From NCBI GenBank assembly GCA_041640595.1, contig JBEPZY010000003.1, forward strand, positions 380,342-444,341: a DNA stretch of 64,000 nucleotides, in the 5' to 3' direction. The notes under the pieces are model-generated. The model saw nothing but the letters and a program-made list of their open reading frames with translations, did not search any database and was not told where the DNA came from. Below, one piece after another: positions 1-10,100 of this stretch (positions within the stretch are counted from its first letter, which is position 1; the number at the start of each line of letters is the position of its first letter). A program made the translations under genes and the position numbers. This DNA comes from Gemmatales bacterium. GTDB lineage: Bacteria > Planctomycetota > Planctomycetia > Gemmatales > HRBIN36.

Positions 1-47
1 CGAATGTCTGCCGGCGAAAAAACGATGTTTGCGATGCACGACGCACA

Positions 48-568
48 TTACCAGGAGCGGTGGGCGTGAGCCCGCCGTGGGTTTGTAAACCCCGTCTGCA
101 ATTGCAATGCGACGAATTTCGGCGCTTCGAGTTCGCATGCGCTGGGTGCATTCCACGGGGGGCTGACGCCCCCCGCTCTTGATTGCAGCACGATCGTTCG
201 CCGGTGAAATAACGCCTTTTGCGATGCACGAACGCACGTTACCAGGAGCGGCGGGCGTCAGCCCGCCGTGGTTCGCAAACCGTGTTTGCAACGGGGACGG
301 TCTATCGCGGGGTGATTGCGTTTCTCACGCATGACCGACACCCGCACCACAGCTGGCTCACCCCAGCCGCTCCTGTTCGGATGTGCGGATGCGATTGCCA
401 GCGGCGATTGTGTTCCGGCAATTCGCTCTACCTTGCGCGATAGCTGGCCACGGGGGGCTGACGCCCCCCCGCTCTTGTGTTGGTGTGCGGACGTCTGCCG
501 GCGAAAAAACGATGTTTGCGATGCACGAACGCACGTTACCAGGAGCGGCGGGCGTCAGCCCGCCGTGG
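48..568. repeat. Cluster of REP-like palindromes in inverted pairs (BIME/MITE-like)
   Basis: Hairpin CCACGGGGGGCTGACGCCCCCCGCTC at 153 and 448, with a variant at 347. Inverted copies GAGCGGCGGGCGTCAGCCCGCCGTGG end at 80, 271 and 568, with conserved linkers. Same family at 56027-56701. Confidence 0.85.
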
Positions 569-650
569 TCCGGTAAACGCGCCTGCAACGGCGAAATGAC
601 AATTTTCTCGGTGGACCACCGGTAAGTGTTACGTCAACGTCAGACGAATC

Positions 651-840
651 GCGGTCACAACACACGGGAGCTGGCAGTAGCATCGGGTGCCCGTTCTCGG
701 TGCCCGGGCACCGATAAGAGTTGCGGTAACAATGCACGGGGGGGCTAGCGGCAGCTGGTCGTAGCCTATCGCGCCGTAAAAGGCGGGGGACGCAAATGGG
801 ACGTAACAGTACACGGGGGCTGGCGGTAGCTGGTCGTAGT
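651..840. repeat. Degenerate three-copy direct repeat, period 72-77 bp
   Basis: cacgggagctggcagtagc (663), cacggggggggctagcggcagctggtcgtag (735), cacgggggctggcggtagctggtcgtag (812). Confidence 0.6.
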
Positions 841-965
841 AGGTGGTACGGGGGTGCGGATGGCGATTGATCAGGGGTTCGATGGGGGAGGGGAGTCATT
901 TTCGCGATCGGATACTCCAACAGGGGTGCGAATCGTGGATGGTCAGGGGTGCGGATGGCGATTGG

Positions 966-2411
966 TCACGAGCCCGGATGGCGCTGGGATTGCCACTGTT
1001 CGAGGAGTTTACCGATGTCGCGGTAGAAATAGTCGAGGTCGGCGAGCTCGGTGCCCAGTCGGATGGCGGTGTCGAAATCTCTGTCCTCGGCAGCCAGGGT
1101 GGCCAGTTCGAACAGCAATTCCTTGCGTGTTTCTTCTTCGCCGGCGGGAAGTTGTTTGAGGGCCTCCTGGAAATTGCGGACTGCCAGAGCCGGGTTGCGT
1201 TTCTTACGAAAACACCGTCCCAGTCCCAGCAAGGCTCGCCAGGCGGTTTTTGGGTCTTTGCGTGCCGACTGGAATTCCTGGATCGCTTCGTCGAGCAGTC
1301 CGAGCATCATGAGCCGCGTGGCCAACTGTAAGCGGGTCTCGTTGTCGTGAGGATAGCGGTCGAGCCGAGCGCGGAAATAATCGAGTTCGCGGCGGAGCAA
1401 TTCGGTAGCGAGCTTTTCGCGTAGCTGCCGGGCCAGTTCGTCCTGGGGATTCTGTTCGACTTTACGGTTGGCGACTCGCAGATTGTTGCGGAGCGTTTCG
1501 ATTTCGAGTTCGGCCAGGGCCTGTTGCAGGTCAAACTGGGGGCCGAGCTTTTGTATCCCTTCCTGCAACGTGCGGGCTGCCTCTTCCAGCTGACCGCGCC
1601 GGCGGTAGATGTCGGCCAGGCTCAGGAAATGCGAGACCTGCGGCGACTCGGACTGAATGTGAGCCCGCAGCAGTTCGATGCGGCGATGGTCGGGGTCGAG
1701 TGCACTGGCCGCCGATCGTTCCAGAGGCGTATCCTGCATGGCCTGGTTAGCGGCAGGAGTTTCGGCAGGCTGCTCCGGCGAACCGGTCGGACGTTCATAA
1801 CCACCGCGGGCAATGGTATCCATCGCCGCCAAGTCTTTTTGTTTGCGGTTGGCTTCCTGATCGGTCGGACAAAGCCGGGCCACGACTGTCCAAACCTGGG
1901 CGGCCTTTTGGAAATCTCCCATTCGCTCCAGGAAGCGACCGTACTGGCGATGGGCTTCGGCATGTTTGGGCCCGGCCTCGCAGGCTTTGCGAAGCAACCA
2001 TTCGGCAAGCGGATTCAGCCCGAGCTTTTCTGCCGCCTGTGCCATGGCGATGTGGGCACCGATATCCCAGGGGTTGCGGAGCAGGATGCGTTCGCCCCAG
2101 TGAAGAACGTCGCGGTAACGCTGTTGCTGCAAAGCCAGCTGCATTTTGGCGCGGGCCCGCATGGTTCGCAGCCAGGCCAGCCACGCCCAGGGACGCTTTT
2201 CGCCCAGCCGCGCTATTTCCGTCCGCCGCAGCAGTTGCCGATACGGCAGGTTGCCTGGGTCGAGTCGGCAGCATTCCATCAGGAGCGAGATGGCATAGTC
2301 GAGGTTCCTGGCGCCGCTGTTAATCAGTTGCCGCGCCCGCTCATACTGCTGGCTGGCAATACGCCGCTCTTCCGGTCGAACCACGAGCGTCGGCGATTGT
2401 TCCTGAGTCAT
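966..2411 (-). CDS. Tetratricopeptide repeat protein
   Basis: 481-aa helical ORF with repeated TPR-like units (e.g. LDEAIQEFQSARKDP, ALLGLGRCF, AVRNFQEALKQLP). Confidence 0.85.
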   Translation of the reverse strand: MTQEQSPTLVVRPEERRIASQQYERARQLINSGARNLDYAISLLMECCRLDPGNLPYRQLLRRTEIARLGEKRPWAWLAWLRTMRARAKMQLALQQQRYRDVLHWGERILLRNPWDIGAHIAMAQAAEKLGLNPLAEWLLRKACEAGPKHAEAHRQYGRFLERMGDFQKAAQVWTVVARLCPTDQEANRKQKDLAAMDTIARGGYERPTGSPEQPAETPAANQAMQDTPLERSAASALDPDHRRIELLRAHIQSESPQVSHFLSLADIYRRRGQLEEAARTLQEGIQKLGPQFDLQQALAELEIETLRNNLRVANRKVEQNPQDELARQLREKLATELLRRELDYFRARLDRYPHDNETRLQLATRLMMLGLLDEAIQEFQSARKDPKTAWRALLGLGRCFRKKRNPALAVRNFQEALKQLPAGEEETRKELLFELATLAAEDRDFDTAIRLGTELADLDYFYRDIGKLLEQWQSQRHPGS

Positions 2412-2590
2412 GACTTTCTCCCGTAATTCCAGAAAACTGGCCCGGCTTTTATGCCGCGCTGGGCTTCAACGTGGGCGCTCGCCGATTTGCCAGGACACAT
2501 TCGATCGCGAGCGACAAAAGGACGCACCTGCTTACACTCCGGACTGGTAATCCCCGGCTGCCCGACCGACTTTTCGCCGTCGGGGCATCG

Positions 2591-3538
2591 TTATTCCGAA
2601 GCCGTGGCCGAAAGCACGCCCGCACGGGCTGCCGTTGTTATCATAATCGTTCGCAAGAGCGATCGGTAGCGGTGAGCGATTTGGTCAACGGCCGGCTGCA
2701 ACCGTTCTTTCGGGCCGATGGCAAACACGGTCGGTCCCCAGGACGACTGTCCCGCAGCAGGTACCCCCAGTTGCCGAAATTCCTCGACCAGCCGGGCAAC
2801 GAGTTCGCTATGGTACGGCCCCTGCTGCCAGCGTGCGAAACATTGCCCGGCCAGACGATTGTATTCGAATAAGCCTTCGGCAAAATCGTCGTAACGCTGT
2901 TCCAGCAGGGCCGGGAGGATGTGAAGCAACGCCAGTCGGCACAGACGCTCGCTCGCGGTGTTCGCTTCGCCAGCAAATTGGGCAAAAACTTCCGCTTCCT
3001 TGTCGCCATGCAGTCCGGTCGGCACCTCCGGCAGCACCAGCGCGATCTGCCATTCCATCGGAAATGCCAGACGCAGGAAAGGAGCAGGACGATCGGTCTC
3101 AGGAAGGCGGCCGAGGTCCACGATAAAACCACCGCCGGCAAACGCGGCTATGCCGATGCCCGACCGCTGCCCACGTCCTGTCCAGAGCTGCAATTGCTCC
3201 CGGCTCGGTGCCATTCCCGCACTTCGCGCCATCAACCACGCCAGCGCCAGGGCCAGTTGCGTTCCACTGCCCAGCCCGACGTGTTCCGGTATCGCCTGAA
3301 CAATGTGCAAATGAAGCGGGGGAGCCTGCGCTAACTCCGGCCGATGGCGCAACCGTTCCACCCACACCGCAGCGCGTTCCGTAGCCGCACCCGTAATTTT
3401 CCACGCCTCCGCCCGTTCCGCTTCGATCACCCAGCCCGGTTCCGCCAGCGCTAGCCCTAATCCGCCATAGCGTCTTCGCCAGCCCGTTCCGGGTACCAGC
3501 AGGCCAAAATGTAAGCGGCTGGGCGTCTGAATCCGCAA
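2591..3538 (-). CDS. mptG: Beta-ribofuranosylaminobenzene 5'-phosphate synthase (GHMP kinase family, H4MPT biosynthesis)
   Basis: N-terminal TPSRLHFGL, GHMP loop IPEHVGLGSGTQLALA, GRGQRSGIGIAAF..GGFIVD and GQSSWGPT are characteristic of beta-RFAP synthase. Confidence 0.85.
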   Translation of the reverse strand: MRIQTPSRLHFGLLVPGTGWRRRYGGLGLALAEPGWVIEAERAEAWKITGAATERAAVWVERLRHRPELAQAPPLHLHIVQAIPEHVGLGSGTQLALALAWLMARSAGMAPSREQLQLWTGRGQRSGIGIAAFAGGGFIVDLGRLPETDRPAPFLRLAFPMEWQIALVLPEVPTGLHGDKEAEVFAQFAGEANTASERLCRLALLHILPALLEQRYDDFAEGLFEYNRLAGQCFARWQQGPYHSELVARLVEEFRQLGVPAAGQSSWGPTVFAIGPKERLQPAVDQIAHRYRSLLRTIMITTAARAGVLSATASE

Positions 3539-3680
3539 GGTCAGTTTCTCCCGTCTGTTTTCTTGCCGGCTCCAGGCGAATGGCGGCTCCGCGTCGGCTA
3601 CCTGACACCGGTGATGTCAGCTCCGGAGACAGCAGCGTCCGTCCGGGTTGCTGGGCGTTTACTGAGAGCGGGCAGCCTTA

Positions 3681-3780
3681 CGGTCAGCGCTTACGACACC
3701 GCCAGATTGCGGCGTTATTTTCATGTTTGTTGGCTGGTTTTGGGGCGGAGTGCTTCGGTCAGCGCTTACGACACCGCCAG
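3681..3780. repeat. 25-bp perfect direct repeat (period 75) duplicating the ggt 3' end and stop codon
   Basis: cggtcagcgcttacgacaccgccag at 3681-3705 and 3756-3780. Confidence 0.9.
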
Positions 3781-5523
3781 GGCCGAGCCCCAGATGCGAG
3801 TGTCGGCGATTGCCCAGTACATCCGTTTGCTGGCATCGTAGAAGATCGAATGAGCGTCGCCCTGTCGCTGACCACGTACCAATCGGTGTCCACGTTTTTT
3901 CAGAGCTTCCAGCAGCGCTTCCGAAAAAGCTTCACCTGGTTCGTAACGCACCTCGTCCGGAAACCATTGATGATGCAGGCGTGGCAGACTGACCGATTCT
4001 GCGGGCGCTAAGGAAAATCCCAGGCGATTCAACAGCACCTGGGCCACGGTGTTGATGATGGTTCGCCCGCCCGGACTCCCGGTAACCAGCACGGCACGGT
4101 CATTTTGCACGGCAATGGTCGGCGTCATGGACGAAAGCATCCGCTTGCCGGGAGCAATTTGATTCGGCAAAGTGCCAATGTGCCCGTCCGTCGTCGTGAC
4201 ACCCGGGAACCAGTTGAAATCCACCATCTCGTTGTTCAGCAGGAAACCAGCACCCCGCACGACGATCCGCGAACCGTAGCTGTGTTCCAGAGTGTAGGTG
4301 TTGGCGACGGCCAGACCGTCTCCATCCACCACGGAGAAATGCGTCGTCTCGTTGCCTTCCGGAGCCAGCGGAATGTCCGGAGCAATTTCCCGACTGGGTG
4401 TAGCCCGATCGAGAGAAATAGTTTTGGCCAGCCGGGCGGCGTATTGCGGGTCGAGCAATTCCTCGGGAATACGGACAAAGTCCGGATCGCCGAGCCAGCG
4501 AGCCCGTTCCGCATACGCTCGCCGCATCGCTTCCACCAGCACATGCACCGTCCGTACATCCCAGCGTCCCCAATCGCGATACGGAAAGTGCTCGATTTGC
4601 CGCAGGATCAGCCCCAGACAAATGCCTCCAGAACTGGCCGGGGGAACGCTGTAAATCTCATGCCCGGCAAAGCGGAAATGCACCGGCTTTCGCAATCGTG
4701 GACGATAGCTCCGCAAATCTTCGTGGGTTATCAATCCGCCGCCTCGCTGCATCTCCGCAACGATCTTGTCCGCGATAGCACCCTGGTAAAACGCTTCCAC
4801 ACCGCCTTCGGCCAGTTCCCGCAAGCTCCACGCCAGGTCTGCTTGCCTTAACCGATCCCCGGCTTTCCAGTTTTGCCCGTCCGGTGGAGCGAAAACTCTC
4901 TGCAGTTCGCTGAATTGCTTGCTCCCAGCCAGCACCTGGTTCAACGAACGTGCCAGGGATGCATCCACAGCAAAGCCATCGCGGGCCAGTTCCACCGCCG
5001 GCTCTACCAGTTGCCGCCACTTCAACCGCCCATACCGTTCGTGAGCCAGCCACAGTCCCGCGACGGTTCCCGGCACGCCTACCGTCTTGTGCTGGTGCGG
5101 CGAATCGCCTTTGCGGAACATCTCCTTATGAGCCTTCCATGGCGCTGTCTCCCGATAGTCAATAACCCAGGCCGGCTCGACGGAGCCGTCGGTGTATTTG
5201 CCTCGTAAATGCGGCGGAATAAAGACGTTCATAAATCCACCACCGCCGATGTTCCCTGCGGCCGGGTGCGTTACCGCCAGGGCCATCGCTACTGCCACCG
5301 CAGCATCCACGGCGTTGCCCCCTTTGCGGAGGATTTCCACACCGACTCGCGTGGCTGGTTCCGATACGCTCACCACTACCCCGCGTGTGCCCGAGGCGGT
5401 GCGAGTTACTTCCTGGCCTGCCAGGTCGGTTGCGGTTGCCAGTGCCAGCACACTGACACTGGCGCCATACAGAAACTCCCGTCGCGTGCAGTCATCTCGC
5501 GGGCAGCCGTCCGGATTTTTCAT
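3766..5523 (-). CDS. ggt: Gamma-glutamyltransferase with probable Tat signal
   Basis: GGNAVDAAVA, GNIGGGGF, IDYRETAP, catalytic ETTHFSVVD, NNEMVDF, GKRMLSSMTP, GSPGG; N-terminal TRREFL twin-arginine motif. Confidence 0.95.
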   Translation of the reverse strand: MKNPDGCPRDDCTRREFLYGASVSVLALATATDLAGQEVTRTASGTRGVVVSVSEPATRVGVEILRKGGNAVDAAVAVAMALAVTHPAAGNIGGGGFMNVFIPPHLRGKYTDGSVEPAWVIDYRETAPWKAHKEMFRKGDSPHQHKTVGVPGTVAGLWLAHERYGRLKWRQLVEPAVELARDGFAVDASLARSLNQVLAGSKQFSELQRVFAPPDGQNWKAGDRLRQADLAWSLRELAEGGVEAFYQGAIADKIVAEMQRGGGLITHEDLRSYRPRLRKPVHFRFAGHEIYSVPPASSGGICLGLILRQIEHFPYRDWGRWDVRTVHVLVEAMRRAYAERARWLGDPDFVRIPEELLDPQYAARLAKTISLDRATPSREIAPDIPLAPEGNETTHFSVVDGDGLAVANTYTLEHSYGSRIVVRGAGFLLNNEMVDFNWFPGVTTTDGHIGTLPNQIAPGKRMLSSMTPTIAVQNDRAVLVTGSPGGRTIINTVAQVLLNRLGFSLAPAESVSLPRLHHQWFPDEVRYEPGEAFSEALLEALKKRGHRLVRGQRQGDAHSIFYDASKRMYWAIADTRIWGSALAVS

Positions 5524-5535
5524 GTCCTTCTCCCT

Positions 5536-5645
5536 GTTTCGTGCTGGCCCCGGAAATTCTTTCCGTTGTTATGTCTTTTGCCGGTATAAGCTGACTATAA
5601 ATTCCTGGGTTTCCTGCTGGCCCCGGAAGTTCTTTCCGTTGTTAT
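5536..5645. repeat. 37-bp direct repeat pair (2 mismatches) around a 36-bp unique insert
   Basis: gtttcgtgctggccccggaaattctttccgttgttat (5536-5572) and gtttcctgctggccccggaagttctttccgttgttat (5609-5645). Confidence 0.9.
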
Positions 5646-6087
5646 AGCAGAGCACTCGCACGGTTCTAAGCCCGCTAACCAGCACCGCTCGAGGTGAATT
5701 TTCAGCGTTCCCGCGCACTGGTGTGTCCGACTCGAAGGAGATTCACACCTTTACCGCCGAGAAAACCGGCCAAGTTCCAGCCCGCCGGCAAGCCGCTGTT
5801 TCCATCATCTTTCGCAGTCGTTGCCGTGCAGGTTGTCGGCGTTCCCGCGCGCCGGCAATTCGACTCTAAGCACGATCACTACAGCCGTCCGACCGCGAAG
5901 TCGCCGCGAAATTGTCTGTAACCGGAGCGGACAACCTTCGCCCAACCCGCCCGCGAACAGGCTTTTGCCACCACAACCTCCTCGGCCAACCACGCGATCG
6001 CAAGCGGCCGACTAGAATAGCTGTGCACCAGCTGGTGAGCCGTCCAGTCTGGAACCTGGCGTACAAGATATTGCAGGAAACCGAAGT

Positions 6088-6546
6088 ATGCCGCAATGGC
6101 GAGTATTTGCAGATGATTCAGCTCTCACTGTAAAAGCGGCGCAAACTCACGCGGCCAGCGACGGAGAGATCCTGAAAGTTCTGGAGCCTATCCGAATTGC
6201 GACCGGTGAGTCGGACACGGGAACAGTGGCCGGCCTGGATTGGGTGCAGGTAAGGAATCGCCTGGAGCAGTTTCGCCATCTGGAGAACGATTGGGACGGA
6301 CAAGGGAGTCCGGCGCCGGATGAGGATGTCATTGGGGGCGCAATTCGCCTGGCCGATTCCCTAGCCGCGTTGGACTACCCCGCACCGCAGGCGGTCGTGG
6401 TCGGGGTCAACGGCACGATTTACCTGGAATGGAACACTGCCGACGTTTACCAGGAAATTGAAGTAACTTCGGGCTGCGCTGCCGAGTGTCGCCGCGTGGA
6501 CAAACGAACCCGCACGGTAAGTAGTTACCAGCTACGCTGGTGTTAG
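6088..6546 (+). CDS. Hypothetical protein, putative antitoxin-like partner of the downstream gene
   Basis: 152-aa ORF with LENDWDGQGSPAP...GTIYLEW motif; co-oriented with and 75 bp from the next gene. Confidence 0.65.
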   Translation: MPQWRVFADDSALTVKAAQTHAASDGEILKVLEPIRIATGESDTGTVAGLDWVQVRNRLEQFRHLENDWDGQGSPAPDEDVIGGAIRLADSLAALDYPAPQAVVVGVNGTIYLEWNTADVYQEIEVTSGCAAECRRVDKRTRTVSSYQLRWC

Positions 6547-6621
6547 TATGTTTGCGGATATATCCCACGACTTCGTTCGTCGCACAGGTTATAGTCGCTG
6601 GCAGGTTGCCATTGCAACCAG

Positions 6622-7083
6622 ATGGGACTAACACCCATGAAGCACGAATTTGACCCCGTTACGGATGATGAATGGCTGCTGCGCCGCGTGCATCGGCAGT
6701 ATTTCCGCAACGACCCGAACCTGTTGATTTCTCCCAACGCTTTCGAGCCACGCCTAAAAGGTAGAGAGCCCGACGTGGACGGCATCAGCTTATTCCGTTT
6801 GGCTTGCCTGCCTAGCCATGAGGCAATCTTAGCCCATATTGCTGAAGACAAGCGAAAAGATTATGGCGTAGTTCGCGTTTCGGTCCGGCTGGTTGTCGAT
6901 CTCGGTTTGACAGTGGTCGCTAAGCCGATTCCTCAGCTTCCCGGCCACATCGTACTCGCTGAGCTGAACGCAAATGCGTACCGTGCTAATAAATCGCAGT
7001 TCATCGTGATGAAGTTGCGCTTAGCTGAAGAAGCCAGCCGACCCGAAAACATCCTGGTCTATCCAAAAAGCCTTGGGCCATAA
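6622..7083 (+). CDS. Hypothetical protein, possible ADP-ribosyltransferase-like (Tse2/RES-like) toxin
   Basis: LLRRV ... GISLFR ... PGHIVL gives an R-S-H pattern as in Tse2-like ART folds; function is inferred. Confidence 0.55.
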   Translation: MGLTPMKHEFDPVTDDEWLLRRVHRQYFRNDPNLLISPNAFEPRLKGREPDVDGISLFRLACLPSHEAILAHIAEDKRKDYGVVRVSVRLVVDLGLTVVAKPIPQLPGHIVLAELNANAYRANKSQFIVMKLRLAEEASRPENILVYPKSLGP

Positions 7084-7199
7084 GCATCAGGGAAGGCAGG
7101 CCAGCGAACAAACTCGCTGTAAAAAGCGATGCACCCTTTCCCGCGTTTCACCCGTAAGAGGTTGCACCTCACCCGGCGCCCTGGTCATTGTGTCCAGGG

Positions 7200-10100
7200 C
7201 TACCGGGGGAGGATGGTGGTGGGGGTGAGGGTTTGCAGGAAGGCGTAGAGGTCGGCCAGATCGGAATCGGTGAGGTCTTTGAGCAGGCCGTCGGGCATGA
7301 GCGACCGGCGACCAACACTGCGATGCCGAATATCCTCCGTCGCCAGGCGGATCGTGGTGGTGGCATCGGTTTGCAAAATGATGCCATCGGCGGACTCGAA
7401 AATAACTATACCCGTGTACACTTGACCCTGGTGGGTCTCGACGAGTTCGGTGCGGTAGGCCGGTGCGACTTCGCGGCTGGGAAAGAAAATGGCTTCGAAC
7501 AGGTCTTCGCGGGAAAAACGGCTGGTGACGCCGGACAGGTCAGGGCCAATCCGACTGGTACCGGTATGGCAAGCCAGACAGCCGCGTTGCCGGAAAAGCA
7601 CCTCACCGCGAGCGGCCTGGCCTTGTGCCCAGTTCACGCGTGCCAATCGCTCCCGCCAGGAACGGTCGTCGGCTTCGGTGTCGCCGAGCACAATGGTCGC
7701 TAATTCGGGATGCTGCTTCAGGAACGCTTCCCAGAGGGGCCGATAAGTTTCCCGCAGGCTTTTGCTGTCTTTTTGCGTTTCGCGTGGCGGGGAACCAATG
7801 TCAGCCGAGTGGCAATACAATCGCACCAGCCGTTGCCGCAAATGCTCCGCACGGGGTTCGCTGAGTTGCGAGCGCAATGCACGTAACAACCAGGCTTGAT
7901 GCTGTGGCTGACGCGAGACCGGTAAACGTTCCAGAGCTTCGAGACAGGCCTGCACGACATCGGACTGAGCCGAGTCGAGCCCCTCCAGGTAAGCCTGGCG
8001 ATCGGTTTCATCGGGATGGCGAGCCAGATATTTCAACACGACAGGACGCAGAGCCGGGTCCTGCAGACGGGAACGCAACACCGGCCGGGATTTCTCCGGT
8101 GGCAGTTCGGCGAGTAACTGCACCAGCGCGGGCGTCCAGACAAAATCGGGGTCGCGGCCAGCAGTTTGTAAGAACCGTTCGGCAGCCTGAGTGCGTTCGG
8201 GCAGAGGCAAAGCGAGGGCGATAAACACCTGGCTCGGTTGCACCAGTTGTGGATGCTGGGCGAGATGTCTGGCCAGCAATGGCTGACGCTGGGTCAGCAA
8301 TTGCACCAGTTCCGCTAACCGCTCGCCCCAGGTGAGTTTGACCCGCAATTGTTTTCCTTCCAGGCGCTGTTGCAATCCGACCAGCACATCGGCCACCTGA
8401 GGGACGAGCTTTTCCGGCCAGGCAGCACCAGCACAGGCCAGCACGATCAGGTAATGCAAATCCCAGGTGGGATCGGATTGCGGCGACCAGAAGGTGGCGA
8501 GCTTGTCGGGAAGCTGGGGCGTATCATCGCGGAGCATGGCGAGGAGTCGTGCGGCCTCCTGATTCCAACGGGCATCATGAGTCGGCCAGTGTCGGTGCAG
8601 CGCTGCCAGTAGCCGCTTGCGTAACTCGCCAGGTAACTGGTGCCGCAGGGTGTAACCGCTGAGAATTTCGACGGGCGGTTTGTCCAGCTCCCAATCACCG
8701 CAGGCCAGCATGACCAAGCGCAGGGCGTCCCAGCGATCCTGGGAAGTGGCCGTCTCGCTGGCGAGCATGTGCGAGGCCAGTTCGGCAACTTCCGGCAACC
8801 ATTGCCCCTGGTCCTGCCGCCAGCAATACGCCAGACCCAGCGTCAACTGTGCCCGTTGCGAAAAGGTGTGCCGACGCTGCCACAGGGATTGCCAGGCATT
8901 CGGTGCTAATAACCTGGCCAGACTCGCTGCCGCCTGGCGAACCCGTTTTTCGGGCGAGTCGAGGTTGCGGCAAATCGCATCCGTCAGGGCCTCGTCGGGA
9001 AAGATCGTTCTCTGCCTGGCCAGCGCTTCCAGTGCTCGCCGACGTACCAGCGGGTGCGCATCGGTGGCCAGGGGCAACAATAGAGCGGCGGGTGAATTGC
9101 CTTTGCTGGCCGGCAATTTCGCAGCTTCGCCGTCGCGGCTGGTATCATCCAGAGGCACACATCCCAGCGACCAGGCAGTGGCAGCTCGCACTTCGTAAGC
9201 AGCATCGGAAACCAGCACCCGGGCCGTTGCCAGGTCTAAACCGCCGAACAGTTCCGTAACAATTTCGATGGCGCGCACACGTTCTGGAGCTGGGCGAGTC
9301 GCATCGCGGGCTGCCTGCAGGAACGCTGCTTGTCCGAGTTTGCGTGCCCGCGGTTCCCAGACCGCCCGCGACCAGGCATCGAGCGGTTGTGGTGCGCGGA
9401 GCACTTGATCGAGTTCGCTGGCCGCTCCAACAGCCGGGGACGTTAGCCCCCCGTGCTTTACCGGTGGTCGGCCTGGCGGAAACAGATTCTCGATTCGACC
9501 CGCACCCTGGCCGACATAGCGAATCCGATACACCGAGCCGCGCGTGCGTCGGCCACCGATACAGACGAAGAGTTCGCCATCGCGGCCAACAGCCAGATCG
9601 GTCGGGGCGAATCCTTCCTGGCCGGTTGGTTCGAGGAACACTTCAGGACGACCGCCGTAACTGCAACCGTGCGGCACCAGCGGCACGAAATAAATTCGGC
9701 CAAATGTCCAGTCGGCGACAAACAGTCCGCCACGATACCGCTCTGGAAATTGCCAGTGCCGATAGCACACTACGCCGGTTGGCGAACCGCGACCGATCGG
9801 CCAGAGCATATCTACAGTATCCAGGTAATCGTCGCAACGTGCCCAGCTTCGCAAGTAACCGGGTAACCGCCAGCCGTGATGACCACCCCAGGCCACGTGG
9901 TAAATCCGCGTCGGCACGTACCACGGCAGCAAAAAGGTGCGCTCGACATCGCTGTCGTAGGTGAAGATTTCACCGCCTGGGCCAAAGTCAAAGTCATACG
10001 GATTGCGAAACCCGTGCGCGATCACCTGCACCTGCCAGGGATTGTTGTTCGGTTTGGGTGGATGCAAACGCAAGATGCAGCCTGCTTCCGGTCGGCGAAT

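Noticed and set aside
219..625. Small ORFs across the REP clusters (also 55931-56820)
   Set aside because: Translations of repeat elements (recurring HGGLTPP/GGRQPAV peptides), with no RBS or domain evidence.
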